A stretch of DNA of 64,000 bases from Elusimicrobiota bacterium (GCA_044221725.1 JBGAON010000002.1:416001-480000); one strand, 5' to 3'. Positions 8,481 to 18,742 are shown, counted from the first letter of the stretch. The notes: generated from the letters alone by a model not told the origin. A program made the numbers and translations.

Positions 8481-10061
8481 GCCAATTCTAGTAACGCCCG
8501 TGCCGCGGGAGCGACCGCCGGTCGGGCCCAGTTCGGTCGACACCTTGGCGCTTTCGCGTCCGCAACGCTCATTTCGCGTATCCTCGGCTACGCGCGCGAT
8601 TCTCTTGTCGCTGCTTATTTTGGGGGCGGCTATCAAACCGATGCTTTTTACGCGGCCTTTAAGATTCCCAACTTGTTGCGCCGATTCCTGGGAGAGGGCT
8701 CGCTAACCTCGGCGTTTGTGCCCGTTTTCACAGAGACTTTGCACACAAAGGGGGAAGAAGAAGCTAGGAAACTCTTCGACGCACTGGTCTCCGGCCTTAT
8801 GGTGGTTCTCACGATCATCGTGATTGCAGGAATCGTGTTTGCGCCCCAAGTTACGCAGATTGTTTCGTGGGGATTTGTTCGTGATCCGGAAAAGTTTGCG
8901 CTCACCACGCAGCTCACGCGACTCACGTTTCCGTTTCTGCTTCTGATTTGTCTGGCCGCGCTGGTGACCGCGGTTCTTAATTCCTGCGGCGATTTCTTCG
9001 TTCCGGCGGTCGCGCCGTCCGGTTTGTCCATCGGCGAGATCGCGTTCATTTTGTTTATCGCTTCGCGAATGCAATCGCCCATACAAGGACTGGCCATCAG
9101 CGCGGTGATTGGCGTCGGTATCCATTTGGTGTGGCAGCTGCCAAACTTGTATCGCCACGGGTACCACCTGAAATTCGTGAAACCGTTTGCTCACCCGCAA
9201 GTAAAAACGGTGCTGTTGCTCATGGGGCCGACCATTATTGGGTTGTGTGCGGATCAAGTGAATTCGTTTGTGGATCAGTTTTGCGCCAGTTTTTTGAAAG
9301 ACGGTTCAATTACCGCGCTTTATAATTCCAATCGGGTGATGCAGTTGCCGCTCGCTCTGTTTGGCGTGGCGGTTTCCAGTGTGGCGCTTCCGGCGCTCTC
9401 GCGCACCGCGAGTCAGAAAGACATGAAGGGATTTAAGGAGCTGCTGAGCTATTCGTTGCGCATTGCAAATTACGTGCTGATTCCATCGTTCATTGGGCTT
9501 GCGGTTCTGGGGTATCCAATTGTGCAATTGCTGTTTCAACACGGAAAGTTTTTGCCCGAGTATTCTTGGATGACATACATAGCGATGGTGGGATTTTCGA
9601 TCGGTTTGCCCGCGTACTCGGCCGCGAAAATTTTGGCCACCGGCTTTTACGCACAGAAGAACACGAAAACGCCGGTTCGTGTTGCCTTTCAAGCGATGAC
9701 GGTGAACGCGGTTCTCGATGTCGCTCTTATGTGGAAATGGACCGTCGGTGGGCTCGCGTTCGCCACGTCCGCGGCGGCGTGGTATCAAGCTGTCGTGCTT
9801 TTCTATCTGCTTAAAAAACAAATCGGTTTGCTCGGTGGTCGCGAAATCCTGAAAAGCTTTGCATTTGGCTTGTTGGCGGGGATTGCGATGGGCGCTGTCT
9901 GTTGGTTTCTTTACTTCATCGCCCTCGTGAAACTTCATTTGATGTTGCGTGTTCTCGTTTCCATCAGCGTCGGAACGTTTTTTTACTTTCAATTATCAAA
10001 GTGGTTAAAAATTGAAGAATACGACCACTTTATGGATGCTCTTCTTCGACGAAAGATTTAG
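8460..10061 (+). CDS. murJ: lipid II flippase MurJ (MviN)
   Basis: ATLISRILGYARD, DAFYAAFKIPNLLRRFLGEGSL.SAFVPVF, R.MQLPL..FGVA, FYA...TKTP; about 14 TM segments. Start at ATG 8460 or 8451. Confidence 0.96.
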   Translation: MNSRENQANSSNARAAGATAGRAQFGRHLGAFASATLISRILGYARDSLVAAYFGGGYQTDAFYAAFKIPNLLRRFLGEGSLTSAFVPVFTETLHTKGEEEARKLFDALVSGLMVVLTIIVIAGIVFAPQVTQIVSWGFVRDPEKFALTTQLTRLTFPFLLLICLAALVTAVLNSCGDFFVPAVAPSGLSIGEIAFILFIASRMQSPIQGLAISAVIGVGIHLVWQLPNLYRHGYHLKFVKPFAHPQVKTVLLLMGPTIIGLCADQVNSFVDQFCASFLKDGSITALYNSNRVMQLPLALFGVAVSSVALPALSRTASQKDMKGFKELLSYSLRIANYVLIPSFIGLAVLGYPIVQLLFQHGKFLPEYSWMTYIAMVGFSIGLPAYSAAKILATGFYAQKNTKTPVRVAFQAMTVNAVLDVALMWKWTVGGLAFATSAAAWYQAVVLFYLLKKQIGLLGGREILKSFAFGLLAGIAMGAVCWFLYFIALVKLHLMLRVLVSISVGTFFYFQLSKWLKIEEYDHFMDALLRRKI

Positions 10062-10092
10062 TCTGTAGCGGCCGCACCAGAGATTTTTATTT

Positions 10093-11406
10093 ATGAGTGA
10101 TTCGTTCTCGTTCTTGCCCAATCTTCCGCATTCGCCCGGCGTTTATCTTATGCGCGACAATACCGGTGGCATTATTTATATCGGCAAGGCGCGCGATTTA
10201 AAAAAACGAGTGAGCAATTATTTCGCAGCAGGACGTCCACACGATCACAAGACGCTCATTCTTGTATCCGAAGTTCGCCACGTCGATTACGTGCCAACCG
10301 CGAGCGAGCGCGAAGCATTTCTGCTGGAACAACGCTTGATCAAACGGCACAAGCCAATTTTTAACGTGATGTGGAAGGACGACAAGTCCTACCCGTATGT
10401 GGTGGTAACCACGCAAGAGGATTTCCCACGCGCCTATCTAACGCGCCGAAAAAAGAAAGATGGGGCTTCTTATTTCGGCCCCTACCCGAACGTCGGTCAA
10501 GTGCGGTCGCTGTTGCGATGGACGTGGCGAAAAAAGATTCTCGCCCTGCGACCATGCCGCTTCGAAATTAAAGAAGGGGAAGTGCTGCCTTACAAAAAAG
10601 TGAAATCGTGTCTTTATTTGCACACGAGTCAATGTTCGGCTCCTTGCATTGGAAAAATTTCGAGCAAGGAATACGGCAAGATCGTGGACCGCGCTCGTTG
10701 GTTTTTTGGAGGCGAAAAAGAAAAACTCGCGGCCGAGTGGGAAGTCGAAATGAAAAAGCTTTCCAGCGAAGATCGGTTTGAAGCCGCGGCCGCGTTGCGC
10801 GATCAAATCGAAACGCTTCGCCACATGAACGAACGCATCACGTACCGCGAAATGAGCGAAGATATGTTGGGGGAGCGCGTGCGCGAAAGTCGCGCCGTTC
10901 AAGATCTCATGAAAGCGTTGAACCTGAAAAAGCCACCGCAACGAATCGAATGTTTCGATATTTCTCACATCCAAGGGACGGAAAAAGTGGCCTCCATGGT
11001 GTCGTTCGATCACGGTCGACCCGACAAGTCACAGTACCGCAAATATATTATTCGCACTGTTGAAGGAATTGATGATTTTAAGGCAATGGCCGAGGTGGTT
11101 GGGCGCCGGTATCGTCGATTGAAAAACGAAAATAAACCGTTCCCGGATTTGGTGTTGATTGACGGAGGGAAGGGACAATTGTCGTCGGCTCTTGCCGCCA
11201 TCGCGGAACTAAAGATTTCAGGGCTCGCCGTCGCTGCGCTTGCAAAAGAAGAAGAGGAAATTTTTTTACCGGGTTCGAGCGAATCAATTCGCTTGCCGGA
11301 TTATTCGGCGGCGCTTCTTTTGTTGCGACACGTGCGTGATGAGGCGCATCGCTTCGCGATAACTTTCCATCGCCAGCGTCGTCAGAAAAGGACTTTTTTG
11401 GTGTAG
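10093..11406 (+). CDS. uvrC: excinuclease ABC subunit C (compact form, no C-terminal HhH)
   Basis: GIY-YIG (PGVYLM..IIYIGKA), Cys cluster, UvrB-binding FE.AA.LRDQI, RNaseH-like ECFDISH/DGGKGQL and RDEAHRFA; 437 aa. Confidence 0.93.
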   Translation: MSDSFSFLPNLPHSPGVYLMRDNTGGIIYIGKARDLKKRVSNYFAAGRPHDHKTLILVSEVRHVDYVPTASEREAFLLEQRLIKRHKPIFNVMWKDDKSYPYVVVTTQEDFPRAYLTRRKKKDGASYFGPYPNVGQVRSLLRWTWRKKILALRPCRFEIKEGEVLPYKKVKSCLYLHTSQCSAPCIGKISSKEYGKIVDRARWFFGGEKEKLAAEWEVEMKKLSSEDRFEAAAALRDQIETLRHMNERITYREMSEDMLGERVRESRAVQDLMKALNLKKPPQRIECFDISHIQGTEKVASMVSFDHGRPDKSQYRKYIIRTVEGIDDFKAMAEVVGRRYRRLKNENKPFPDLVLIDGGKGQLSSALAAIAELKISGLAVAALAKEEEEIFLPGSSESIRLPDYSAALLLLRHVRDEAHRFAITFHRQRRQKRTFLV

Positions 11407-11417
11407 AATCTTTCGCG

Positions 11418-11720
11418 ATGATCCCTAACGCTATTCGTACGAAGATGAAGCAGTACCCCGCGTTTCAACAAAAGGTTTGGACCGCCTGCGCCGAAATTCC
11501 TTCCGGACAAATCCGCACCTATCGATGGATCGCCGAGAAAATTGGAAGCCCGAAAGCCGCGCGCGCGGTGGGTTCGGCTCTTGGTAAAAATCCCTTTGCT
11601 CCCATTATTCCTTGTCATCGCGTTTTGCGATCCGACGGTGGAATGGGCGGTTATTCCGGTGATGGTGGAATAACGAAAAAGATTCAGTTGCTCAAGAGAG
11701 AAGGCGCGCTTCGAAAGTAA
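11418..11720 (+). CDS. MGMT family methylated-DNA--protein-cysteine methyltransferase (C-terminal domain only)
   Basis: FQQKVW, IP.G...TY..IA, ARAVGSALGKNP, active-site IPCHRV, and L..EG at the end. Confidence 0.92.
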   Translation: MIPNAIRTKMKQYPAFQQKVWTACAEIPSGQIRTYRWIAEKIGSPKAARAVGSALGKNPFAPIIPCHRVLRSDGGMGGYSGDGGITKKIQLLKREGALRK

Positions 11721-11729
11721 TCTTTCCTC

Positions 11730-11758
11730 TTGAATCGCTTTGTTTTCCTGAACATATT
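11730..11758 (+). promoter_or_regulatory. putative promoter of the cold-shock gene
   Basis: TTGAAT-N17-CATATT, about 90 nt upstream of the start. Confidence 0.4.
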
Positions 11759-11850
11759 TTCAGTATCAGAGTCGTGCTGCAAAAGGGGTTGGGTGGCCTA
11801 ACCACCCGGACGTAACCCTTCCCAACAGCATCAAAAGGTAGGTAACAGCC

Positions 11851-12054
11851 TTGCGAGGAAAAGTAAAGTGGTTCAACAATCAGAAAGGTTATGGCTTCAT
11901 TACACGGGACGACGGTTCCGGTGATGTGTTTGTGCATTATTCGGCGGTTCAAGGGCAGGGTTTCAAGTCCTTGGTCGAAGGGGATAGTGTCGAGTTCGAA
12001 GTGGTTGACTCCGACAAGGGGCCAAAGGCAGCGAACGTAAACAAAGTCAGCTAA
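11851..12054 (+). CDS. cold-shock protein (CspA family)
   Basis: GKVKWFN..KGYGFI (RNP1), DVFVHYS (RNP2), [11 protein letters not shown] start, 67 aa. Confidence 0.97.
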   Translation: MRGKVKWFNNQKGYGFITRDDGSGDVFVHYSAVQGQGFKSLVEGDSVEFEVVDSDKGPKAANVNKVS

Positions 12055-12080
12055 CTCCTCCTGATACTTGATATATCAAG

Positions 12081-12127
12081 ACAAAGCCTTTCTCTCACGA
12101 AAGTGGGGGGAGGGCTTTGTTGTTTCC
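12081..12127 (+). terminator. intrinsic terminator-like hairpin after csp
   Basis: ACAAAGCCTTTCTCTCAC-GAAA-GTGGGGGGAGGGCTTTGT (stem with G-U pairs, GNRA loop) followed by TGTTT. Confidence 0.7.
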
Positions 12128-12170
12128 GTCGATATGCGAACCCTGAATCACACCGTTCGTAAGAAAGAAA

Positions 12171-12617
12171 ATGGTACGTGGTCGAACCTTATACGCATTG
12201 ATTTTCATCACTGTCGTTTCTTTCGTTTTCAGTGGTTGCGCGGCTATTCCGATTTCATTGGCAATGCAGGGCGCGGCGGACGCCGGAATGGAATTGGCAA
12301 GCCGGGATTCTCGTTCTTTTACCCACACGAAAGCACAGGTAAAAGCCGCCACGCTGGAAGCTCTGGAGCGCATGCAAATTTCCGTGGCTCGGCAGACTGA
12401 AAAAAAAGAAAGTGAAAAAATAATCGGAAAGACAAAGAAGCTAAGCATTACCATCATACTCGCAGCAATTACACCGAAGTTGACAAAGGTCTCGGTCCGC
12501 GCAAAAAGAAATTGGTTTTCAAGGGACGAAACCGTTTCAGCCGAAATATTGGTTCAGATCAATCGAATTCTGCGCCGCGAATTTGATCCTTCTCCCCGCA
12601 CTCCAGCTGGAGCTTGA
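12171..12617 (+). CDS. lipoprotein, DUF3568-like
   Basis: Lipobox FSGC, small-residue stretch after the Cys, QV..ATLEAL..M.I and T.VSVR...RD...S.EI pattern. Confidence 0.6.
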   Translation: MVRGRTLYALIFITVVSFVFSGCAAIPISLAMQGAADAGMELASRDSRSFTHTKAQVKAATLEALERMQISVARQTEKKESEKIIGKTKKLSITIILAAITPKLTKVSVRAKRNWFSRDETVSAEILVQINRILRREFDPSPRTPAGA

Positions 12618-12630
12618 TTTTAAAAAGCAT

Positions 12631-13764
12631 TTAAATAGCGCCGCGTGCCTCGATGCGTTCAGCAATGTGATCCGCTATAACTTCTGAAAACGAGCCTGAA
12701 TAATGGTTGTAATCGACGTATAGCGGTTCCCTTCGTTCCCGTTGAATGTCTCCCAACCAAAGGAAATTTCTTCTCGCCGCCGTGCTTTTTCTTCGGCGCG
12801 CCATTTCGGAGTAAACATACTTCGCATAACGAAACGATTGTGGGTGCTGAGGAAAAAACAGGTGGTAGCTTGTGTCATAGTGGTAATTCGGAACAGGTTG
12901 CCACACAAATAGCGGTGAAACACCAAAACCACGAGACAATAACTCAATCATTTTCGCGTTTTTCTCATAACGATCGATCATATGGTTCACGATTTCCAGA
13001 TCGTTGAAAGATGCTTCGCTCCGACCATCATTGGGTTCGGTGGGGTCATCCTTTTTCATCGAATAAACCAATCGAGAAATCGGCAGTCGTTGCAACAAAA
13101 TGACGGCCAGTCGCGTGGGCTTAAGCCAAAATCCTGAAACGAAATCTTTGAAGATCGAAGAAACGCCCGTTTCGTTTGCGACGTAAAAAGAGTCATTCAT
13201 TCCATCAATAAAGATTGCGACGTCCGGAACAAAACCTGCGAGAAGATGCCGTTCAAACAAGATTCGTTCCTGCGACGAGTAATAATATGCACGGCCGAAA
13301 TTATAAACGCACACGGATTTCTTTAGCCGATTCGACAGTCGTGTCTGAAGATGCGAAGCGATGGTCGCTTTGTCCTCGACACCATACCCAAACGAAGTGG
13401 ATCCGCCGTAAAGAAAGACATTGATATTATCTCGTGATGGCGGCCACGGTCCTTGGGGCACTGTCTTTCGGAAACCAATTTCGTCCACATTTACAAACAC
13501 GCCGGATCGAGGCGCATCTCTAAACTCGGTGAAAGGATCGTAGGTGATATTTTTGGACCAGGTTTCTCGCAGGAGCTGTTTGATTTCGGCTTCCCCGAGG
13601 CGCGGATATACTTTCAATAATTTTGAATTGTAGCGATGGGAGAACGGAACCGGTTCTTTATCCGCGAGAAAAAAGACAACCCCGTTAATTAAAACGAAGA
13701 ACAGTATCGTCCCAATGCAGAACTGACTAAATACAGCGAAAGCTTTTTTAAAGTGTTGGGTCAC
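12631..13764 (-). CDS. membrane-anchored SGNH/GDSL hydrolase-like protein
   Basis: N-terminal TM, block I GGSTSFG, NFG..YYSSQE, FIDGMND, WQP and D..HY; GTG start with SD AAGGTGA. Confidence 0.75.
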   Translation of the reverse strand: MTQHFKKAFAVFSQFCIGTILFFVLINGVVFFLADKEPVPFSHRYNSKLLKVYPRLGEAEIKQLLRETWSKNITYDPFTEFRDAPRSGVFVNVDEIGFRKTVPQGPWPPSRDNINVFLYGGSTSFGYGVEDKATIASHLQTRLSNRLKKSVCVYNFGRAYYYSSQERILFERHLLAGFVPDVAIFIDGMNDSFYVANETGVSSIFKDFVSGFWLKPTRLAVILLQRLPISRLVYSMKKDDPTEPNDGRSEASFNDLEIVNHMIDRYEKNAKMIELLSRGFGVSPLFVWQPVPNYHYDTSYHLFFPQHPQSFRYAKYVYSEMARRRKSTAARRNFLWLGDIQRERREPLYVDYNHYSGSFSEVIADHIAERIEARGAI

Positions 13765-13907
13765 GCCGAAGGTTCACCTTTTTCATTCGTTCCATTGTAG
13801 CGATCCAGATTCAGATGGAAAAGGCCGCGCATCTCGTCGCGTGCCCGGCAAATGGGACGTCTTCGGTCCTACAGGCACTCTTTGTCCAACAACGCACGAT
13901 AAGAGGA

Positions 13908-13979
13908 CTCCCCGAGCTAGACTCGAACTAGCAACCCTCCCGTTAACAGCGGGATGCTCCACCATTGAGCTATCGGGGA
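13908..13979 (-). tRNA. tRNA-Asn (anticodon GTT)
   Basis: Reverse complement TCCCCGATAGCTCAATGGTGGAGCATCCCGCTGTTAACGGGAGGGTTGCTAGTTCGAGTCTAGCTCGGGGAG. Acceptor stem TCCCCGA/TCGGGGA, anticodon stem TCCCG/CGGGA with loop CTGTTAA, T loop TTCGAGT. No encoded CCA. Confidence 0.97.
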
Positions 13980-14009
13980 AAGAGGTGGGACTTGGAAACT
14001 GTTTTGCAG

Positions 14010-14045
14010 CGCGCGGATTGTAACACAACGACGTCATTCCGACAA
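14010..14045 (-). promoter_or_regulatory. sigma70 promoter of tRNA-Asn with GC-rich discriminator
   Basis: Minus strand TTGTCG-N17-TACAAT (extended TG) followed by CCGCGCG. Confidence 0.7.
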
Positions 14046-14145
14046 ATTCGCGACGGATCCGATCGAAATGGGGAGTGTGAAATAAAACCGCTCAGTAAAT
14101 CTCGATGGTTTGGTTCCGGAATGGAATAAAGAAGGTTTTCGCTAT

Positions 14146-14173
14146 TTGTATCTCCAATTTATGCTGGTAGAAT
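14146..14173 (+). promoter_or_regulatory. putative promoter of the kaiC-like operon
   Basis: TTGTAT-N16-TAGAAT with extended -10 TG; SD GAGGTG before ATG 14217. Confidence 0.5.
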
Positions 14174-14216
14174 ATTTTTTGCGAATTCCCATACGAATAA
14201 TTTTATGAGGTGAGAA

Positions 14217-15686
14217 ATGAATTCGAAAACAGCGAATGGTATCCACACCTGCGTGTCAACCGGTAACCCAGGGCTCGATGAAGTTCTTTCCGGAGGTTTC
14301 ACTCCGAACCGTCTTTATTTGATTGAAGGAGATCCCGGCTCCGGAAAAACAACCCTCGGCTTACAGTATTTGCTGGAAGGCGTTAAGAATGGGGAAACCG
14401 TCATGTATGTGACGCTTTCCGAAACAACCGAAGAATTGGCGGCGGTCGCCGCCTCTCACGGTTGGTCGCTTGACGGAATCCACGTGGTTGAACTTGTGCC
14501 GTCTGAGCGCGCGTTAGAAAGCGATGCGCAATATACGATGTTTCATCCTTCCGAAGTGGAATTGAACGAAACAACAAAGGCCGTGTTGGACAAGGTCGAG
14601 GAACACAAACCAACCCGAATCGTTTTTGATTCGCTTTCAGAAATGCGGTTGCTCGCGCAAAATCAATTGCGGTATCGGCGCCAAATCCTTGCGTTGAAAC
14701 AGTTTTTTGTTGGACGAAATTGCACGGTTGTGTTGTTGGATGACCGCACGGCCGAACAATCCGATATACAGCTCCAAAGTATCGCGCACGGTGTTTTAAC
14801 GCTCGAGCAATTATCTCCGAACTATGGCGCCGAACGTCGCCGACTGCGCGTCATGAAGTTTCGCGGAAAGAGATACCGCGGCGGATACCATGACTTCGTC
14901 ATTCGGCAGGGGGGAATTGATATTTTCCCGAGGTTGATAGCGGCGGAGCATCACAGCGCGTTTTCGCAACAGCTTCTTTTGAGCGGCAATGCCGGGTTGG
15001 ATGCGCTTATGGGCGGTGGAATCAATCCGGGAACAAGCACGCTGTTAATCGGACCCGCCGGTGCGGGCAAATCTTCTCTTGGTATGCAATATGTGGTTGC
15101 GGCGGCGAACCGAGGACAGAAGTCTTGCGTATTTATCTTTGATGAGAGCATCAACACGTATTTAACGCGAAGCGCCGGCCTTGGAATGGATTTGGCTCCA
15201 TATATTGAAAACAAGCAAGTGACTCTCCAACAGGTTGATCCGGCCGAATTGTCGCCGGGAGAATTCGCCGGAGCCGTCCGTGCCGCGGTCGCCAAACACG
15301 GTCCTCGCGTGATTGTTATTGACAGTCTCAATGGATATTTAAACTCTATGCCCGAAGAAGACTTTCTCACCGTGCAAATGCACGAGCTGCTGACGTATCT
15401 TGGCCAGATCGGAGTCAACACATTCCTTGTGGTGGCCCAAGCAGGCTTGATTGGTGCGATGTCCGCACCTATTGATGTGAGTTATCTCGCTGATAACGTG
15501 ATTCTCTTCCGATATTTCGAGTCAAAAGGGGCCATCCGTCAGGCCATTTCGGTGATTAAAAAACGCTCGGGTAACCACGAGCGAACGATTCGCGAGCTCA
15601 GTATGAGCGGTGCCGGTATTAAAATTGGTGAACCTCTTTTACGGTTTTCAGGAATTCTGCAGGGGACGCCAACATTCGATGAATAG
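14217..15686 (+). CDS. KaiC/RAD55-family double-domain ATPase
   Basis: Two RecA-like domains: [20 protein letters not shown], and [19 protein letters not shown]-terminal SYLADNVI and V.KKRSG.HE..IRE. Confidence 0.9.
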   Translation: MNSKTANGIHTCVSTGNPGLDEVLSGGFTPNRLYLIEGDPGSGKTTLGLQYLLEGVKNGETVMYVTLSETTEELAAVAASHGWSLDGIHVVELVPSERALESDAQYTMFHPSEVELNETTKAVLDKVEEHKPTRIVFDSLSEMRLLAQNQLRYRRQILALKQFFVGRNCTVVLLDDRTAEQSDIQLQSIAHGVLTLEQLSPNYGAERRRLRVMKFRGKRYRGGYHDFVIRQGGIDIFPRLIAAEHHSAFSQQLLLSGNAGLDALMGGGINPGTSTLLIGPAGAGKSSLGMQYVVAAANRGQKSCVFIFDESINTYLTRSAGLGMDLAPYIENKQVTLQQVDPAELSPGEFAGAVRAAVAKHGPRVIVIDSLNGYLNSMPEEDFLTVQMHELLTYLGQIGVNTFLVVAQAGLIGAMSAPIDVSYLADNVILFRYFESKGAIRQAISVIKKRSGNHERTIRELSMSGAGIKIGEPLLRFSGILQGTPTFDE

Positions 15687-16869
15687 CCTTTTCGAAAGAA
15701 TCTTGATTCTCGCCCCAACGGGTAAGGATGCGATGCTCAGCCAGCGAATTCTTACCGAAGCGGGCCTAAAGGCAGAACCTGTACCGGATATGGAGCAATT
15801 GTGCCGAAAAATTGAAGAGGGAGCAGGCGCCGTTATTCTCACAGAGGAATCTGTGGAGGAAGACCGCGCGAGAAGGTTGCGGGCCACGTTACAGAAAGAA
15901 CAGTCGTGGTCGGATATTCCGATTCTTGTGATTACGAAGGGCGGGGCCGATTCACCAGTGGCCGCCCATGCATTGGAAAAACTGGGGGATGTGATTTTGC
16001 TGGAGCGACCCGTGCGGATCGGCACATTGGTGAGTGCGTGCCGGGCATCTCTTCGAACTCGGAATCGGCAATTGGCCTTGCAAAAAAAAGAGGCGGAGTT
16101 GGTCGAGAAGACCGATCGGCTTATTCAGTCGAATCTCGAGTTGGAACAATTTGCGTATGTTAGTTCGCATGATCTTCAGGAGCCGTTGCGAAAAATTTCG
16201 TTGATGACGGATTTAATGGCGATCCAATGCAGCGATAAGCTTGATGACAATGGACGTCGTCAGCTTCAAGGCATCGCGGATGGTTCCCGTCGAATGGGCC
16301 AATTAATAAAGGATTTGCTTGATTATGCGCGACTGACAAAATCGGATTCCTCAGCCGAAGAGACGGATTTGAACGCGGTGCTGAAGCAAGTATTATCGGA
16401 TCTCGAGATCCGGATAAATGAGAAACAGGCGCGTGTGAGCTTCGACACGTTGCCCACGGTTACCGCGGAAAAGGCACGTTTGCATCATGTGTTTCTCAAT
16501 CTTATTAGTAACGCACTGAAATTTTCTCGAAGCGAACCACCGGAAATCCATGTGACGTCGCACGAGGAAAATGGATTTGTCCGCATTTCGATCTCGGACA
16601 ACGGGATTGGAATTGATCCGTTGTTTTCCGCGAAAATTTTTCAGGTTTTTCAGCGGCTTCACAGTCGGCACAAATATCCGGGGACGGGCATTGGACTCGC
16701 AATCTGTAAGAAGGTTGTCGAACATCACGGCGGAAAGATATGGGTTGAGTCCAAACTCGGCGAAGGATCAACGTTTCACTTTACGCTTCCCGTCATCCCC
16801 TCTGGAAATCCGGGCAATCAAAACCCTCTCGTGAATTCCGAACGCGCGGCTTTCGCGACCGCAAATTAG
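15679..16869 (+). CDS. sensor histidine kinase with N-terminal pseudo-receiver domain
   Basis: ATG 15679 overlaps the end of the kaiC-like gene. H-box [15 protein letters not shown]-box [34 protein letters not shown]; no TM segments. Confidence 0.9.
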   Translation: MNSLFERILILAPTGKDAMLSQRILTEAGLKAEPVPDMEQLCRKIEEGAGAVILTEESVEEDRARRLRATLQKEQSWSDIPILVITKGGADSPVAAHALEKLGDVILLERPVRIGTLVSACRASLRTRNRQLALQKKEAELVEKTDRLIQSNLELEQFAYVSSHDLQEPLRKISLMTDLMAIQCSDKLDDNGRRQLQGIADGSRRMGQLIKDLLDYARLTKSDSSAEETDLNAVLKQVLSDLEIRINEKQARVSFDTLPTVTAEKARLHHVFLNLISNALKFSRSEPPEIHVTSHEENGFVRISISDNGIGIDPLFSAKIFQVFQRLHSRHKYPGTGIGLAICKKVVEHHGGKIWVESKLGEGSTFHFTLPVIPSGNPGNQNPLVNSERAAFATAN

Positions 16870-18605
16870 TCGCTTTCGCTGGAATGAAGGAGTCCTTTGT
16901 AGATTCCGATGAGATTGCTTTTGGTGACGATTCCGATAATTTTTTTATTGGCGTCCACCACCACAATTCGATCAACGTCATGGACGTTCATCAGACGTAC
17001 GGCTTCCGTAAGAGATCTGTGCGGGTCCACCGTCGGTGCGGATCGGCGCATAACGTCGCGAGCCGTACGTTCATCGGTTTTTGATCCCGCCCCAAATGTT
17101 TTTTTGAGCTCGGCGTACGTCAGAAGTCCCACCAGCTCGCCGTTCTCTTCAACGACCGGATAACCTGTGTGCGAATGATGAGAGATAAAGTCGGACACGG
17201 CCCCCAACGTCATTGTGGCCGGAATCGTTATCACTCGGCGCGTCATTACTTGCTCCACGTGGTATTTCTCGAGCGCTCGTAGTTCGGCGATTTCGTGGGT
17301 GCGCACCCCTTTCTTCAGTAACTTGCGGGTGTCGATGCTCTCTGGATCCAATGTTCGCGCGAAAGCGGTGGTGACACCGACGGCAAACATTAAAGGCAAC
17401 ACGAGATTGTAATCGCCGGTTAGTTCAAACATCAAAATTATGGCCGTGAACGGTGCAAAGGTTATTCCGGCAAACATCGCGCCCATTCCGACGATCATGT
17501 AGGCGCCCGCAGGGGCGGCCGCTGGAAAGACGAAATGCACGGCGCGGCCCACGCCGCCGCCGACCATAGCGCCCATTAACAGAAATGGAATAAAAATTCC
17601 GCCCGAGCCACCGGATCCAATCGTCACGGCGCAGGCAACAATCTTTGCCAGCAGCAGGATCAACATTGCGTTCGACGTCCACGGCTGAACAAATTCGGCG
17701 TCCAGCACACGCGGAATAACATCGTGGCCGTTTCCCATGACGTCCGGCACCCCAAGTGCGAGCAGCCCAATAATGGCGCCTCCGGTCATTGTTTTTATGT
17801 ACGGTGGAACTTTCCAGTCAGCGAATGCGTGGTCGACCGCGAAGTATGTTTGGACAAAAAATTTGGCCACAATGGCGGCAAGAATTGCGAGAGCGGCGTA
17901 GAAAACAAGCTCGACGGGATGATTGAACGCGAAACTCGGAGGCACCCGCACAAATTCGCGATTCCCAAGCAAAAGGTGGGTTGATATGGAGGCCGTAACG
18001 GTCGAGAGGATCACCATCACAAATGTTTCCGATGCGAATTCGCGGAGCAGCACCTCGATTGCAAATAACACACCGGCGATGGGCGCGTTGAAAACCGCCG
18101 CGAAACCCGCTGCAGCGCCGGCAATGGCCAGATTCTTCACTTGTTCGGCCGATAGTTTTCGTGCACCGGCCAAATAAGACCCGATTCCCGCACCAATGGA
18201 GACCACGGGTGCTTCCGGGCCGGCCGCCGCGCCGGAGCACGTGGTAAAAATACTGGCTATTGTTTTAATCACCGTGTAACGGGGTGAAATTTTTCCATCT
18301 TTTCGCCGCAACGCGTACATAAGATCGGCGGTGCCTGTGCCCTTTGCGTTCGGATCCCATAACAATGCGAGACCCGCGAGTAAACCGCCAATCGTCGGAA
18401 TTAAAAAAATCAACAAGCGGCCCACCGCGATACCCAAAAAGCGGGATTCTCCGGGGTGCGATGGCCAAAACTCTACCGTTTCAATCAGTCGAATGAACGC
18501 CCATGCAGAAACGCTTGTGCCGAGGCCAACCAGCAGCGCGAGTGCGAAAAGCAACTTGGTTTCCGTAAAACGGACGAGGCGAAGCAGTTTGCTCCAAGCA
18601 ATCAT
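16866..18605 (-). CDS. CLC-family chloride channel/antiporter with C-terminal CBS pair
   Basis: [41 protein letters not shown] and two CBS domains ([27 protein letters not shown]). Confidence 0.92.
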   Translation of the reverse strand: MIAWSKLLRLVRFTETKLLFALALLVGLGTSVSAWAFIRLIETVEFWPSHPGESRFLGIAVGRLLIFLIPTIGGLLAGLALLWDPNAKGTGTADLMYALRRKDGKISPRYTVIKTIASIFTTCSGAAAGPEAPVVSIGAGIGSYLAGARKLSAEQVKNLAIAGAAAGFAAVFNAPIAGVLFAIEVLLREFASETFVMVILSTVTASISTHLLLGNREFVRVPPSFAFNHPVELVFYAALAILAAIVAKFFVQTYFAVDHAFADWKVPPYIKTMTGGAIIGLLALGVPDVMGNGHDVIPRVLDAEFVQPWTSNAMLILLLAKIVACAVTIGSGGSGGIFIPFLLMGAMVGGGVGRAVHFVFPAAAPAGAYMIVGMGAMFAGITFAPFTAIILMFELTGDYNLVLPLMFAVGVTTAFARTLDPESIDTRKLLKKGVRTHEIAELRALEKYHVEQVMTRRVITIPATMTLGAVSDFISHHSHTGYPVVEENGELVGLLTYAELKKTFGAGSKTDERTARDVMRRSAPTVDPHRSLTEAVRLMNVHDVDRIVVVDANKKIIGIVTKSNLIGIYKGLLHSSESD

Positions 18606-18742
18606 GGGTTGGCGATGGACCTCTTGTTATTCATGAAGATGCGTATATCTTAGGTTTTTTTACAACTCGGTCGAAGACGTGCATCCATCGATAGTGTTTT
18701 CAATTCGTATGAAATGGGTAGATTCTGAAAGTGAGGTGTGTG

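Noticed and set aside
12592..12598. CTCCCCG as a possible att duplication of the tRNA-Asn 3' end
   Set aside because: Only 7 bp, expected by chance; no integrase present.
13783..14037. ORFs 13783-14037 and 13841-14023
   Set aside because: They overlap tRNA-Asn and its promoter; spurious.
18606..18742. Fluoride riboswitch upstream of the CLC gene (GGCGATGG at 18611)
   Set aside because: The motif is on the wrong strand for the CLC gene, lacks the pairing partner and 3' consensus, and the protein lacks CLC-F motifs.
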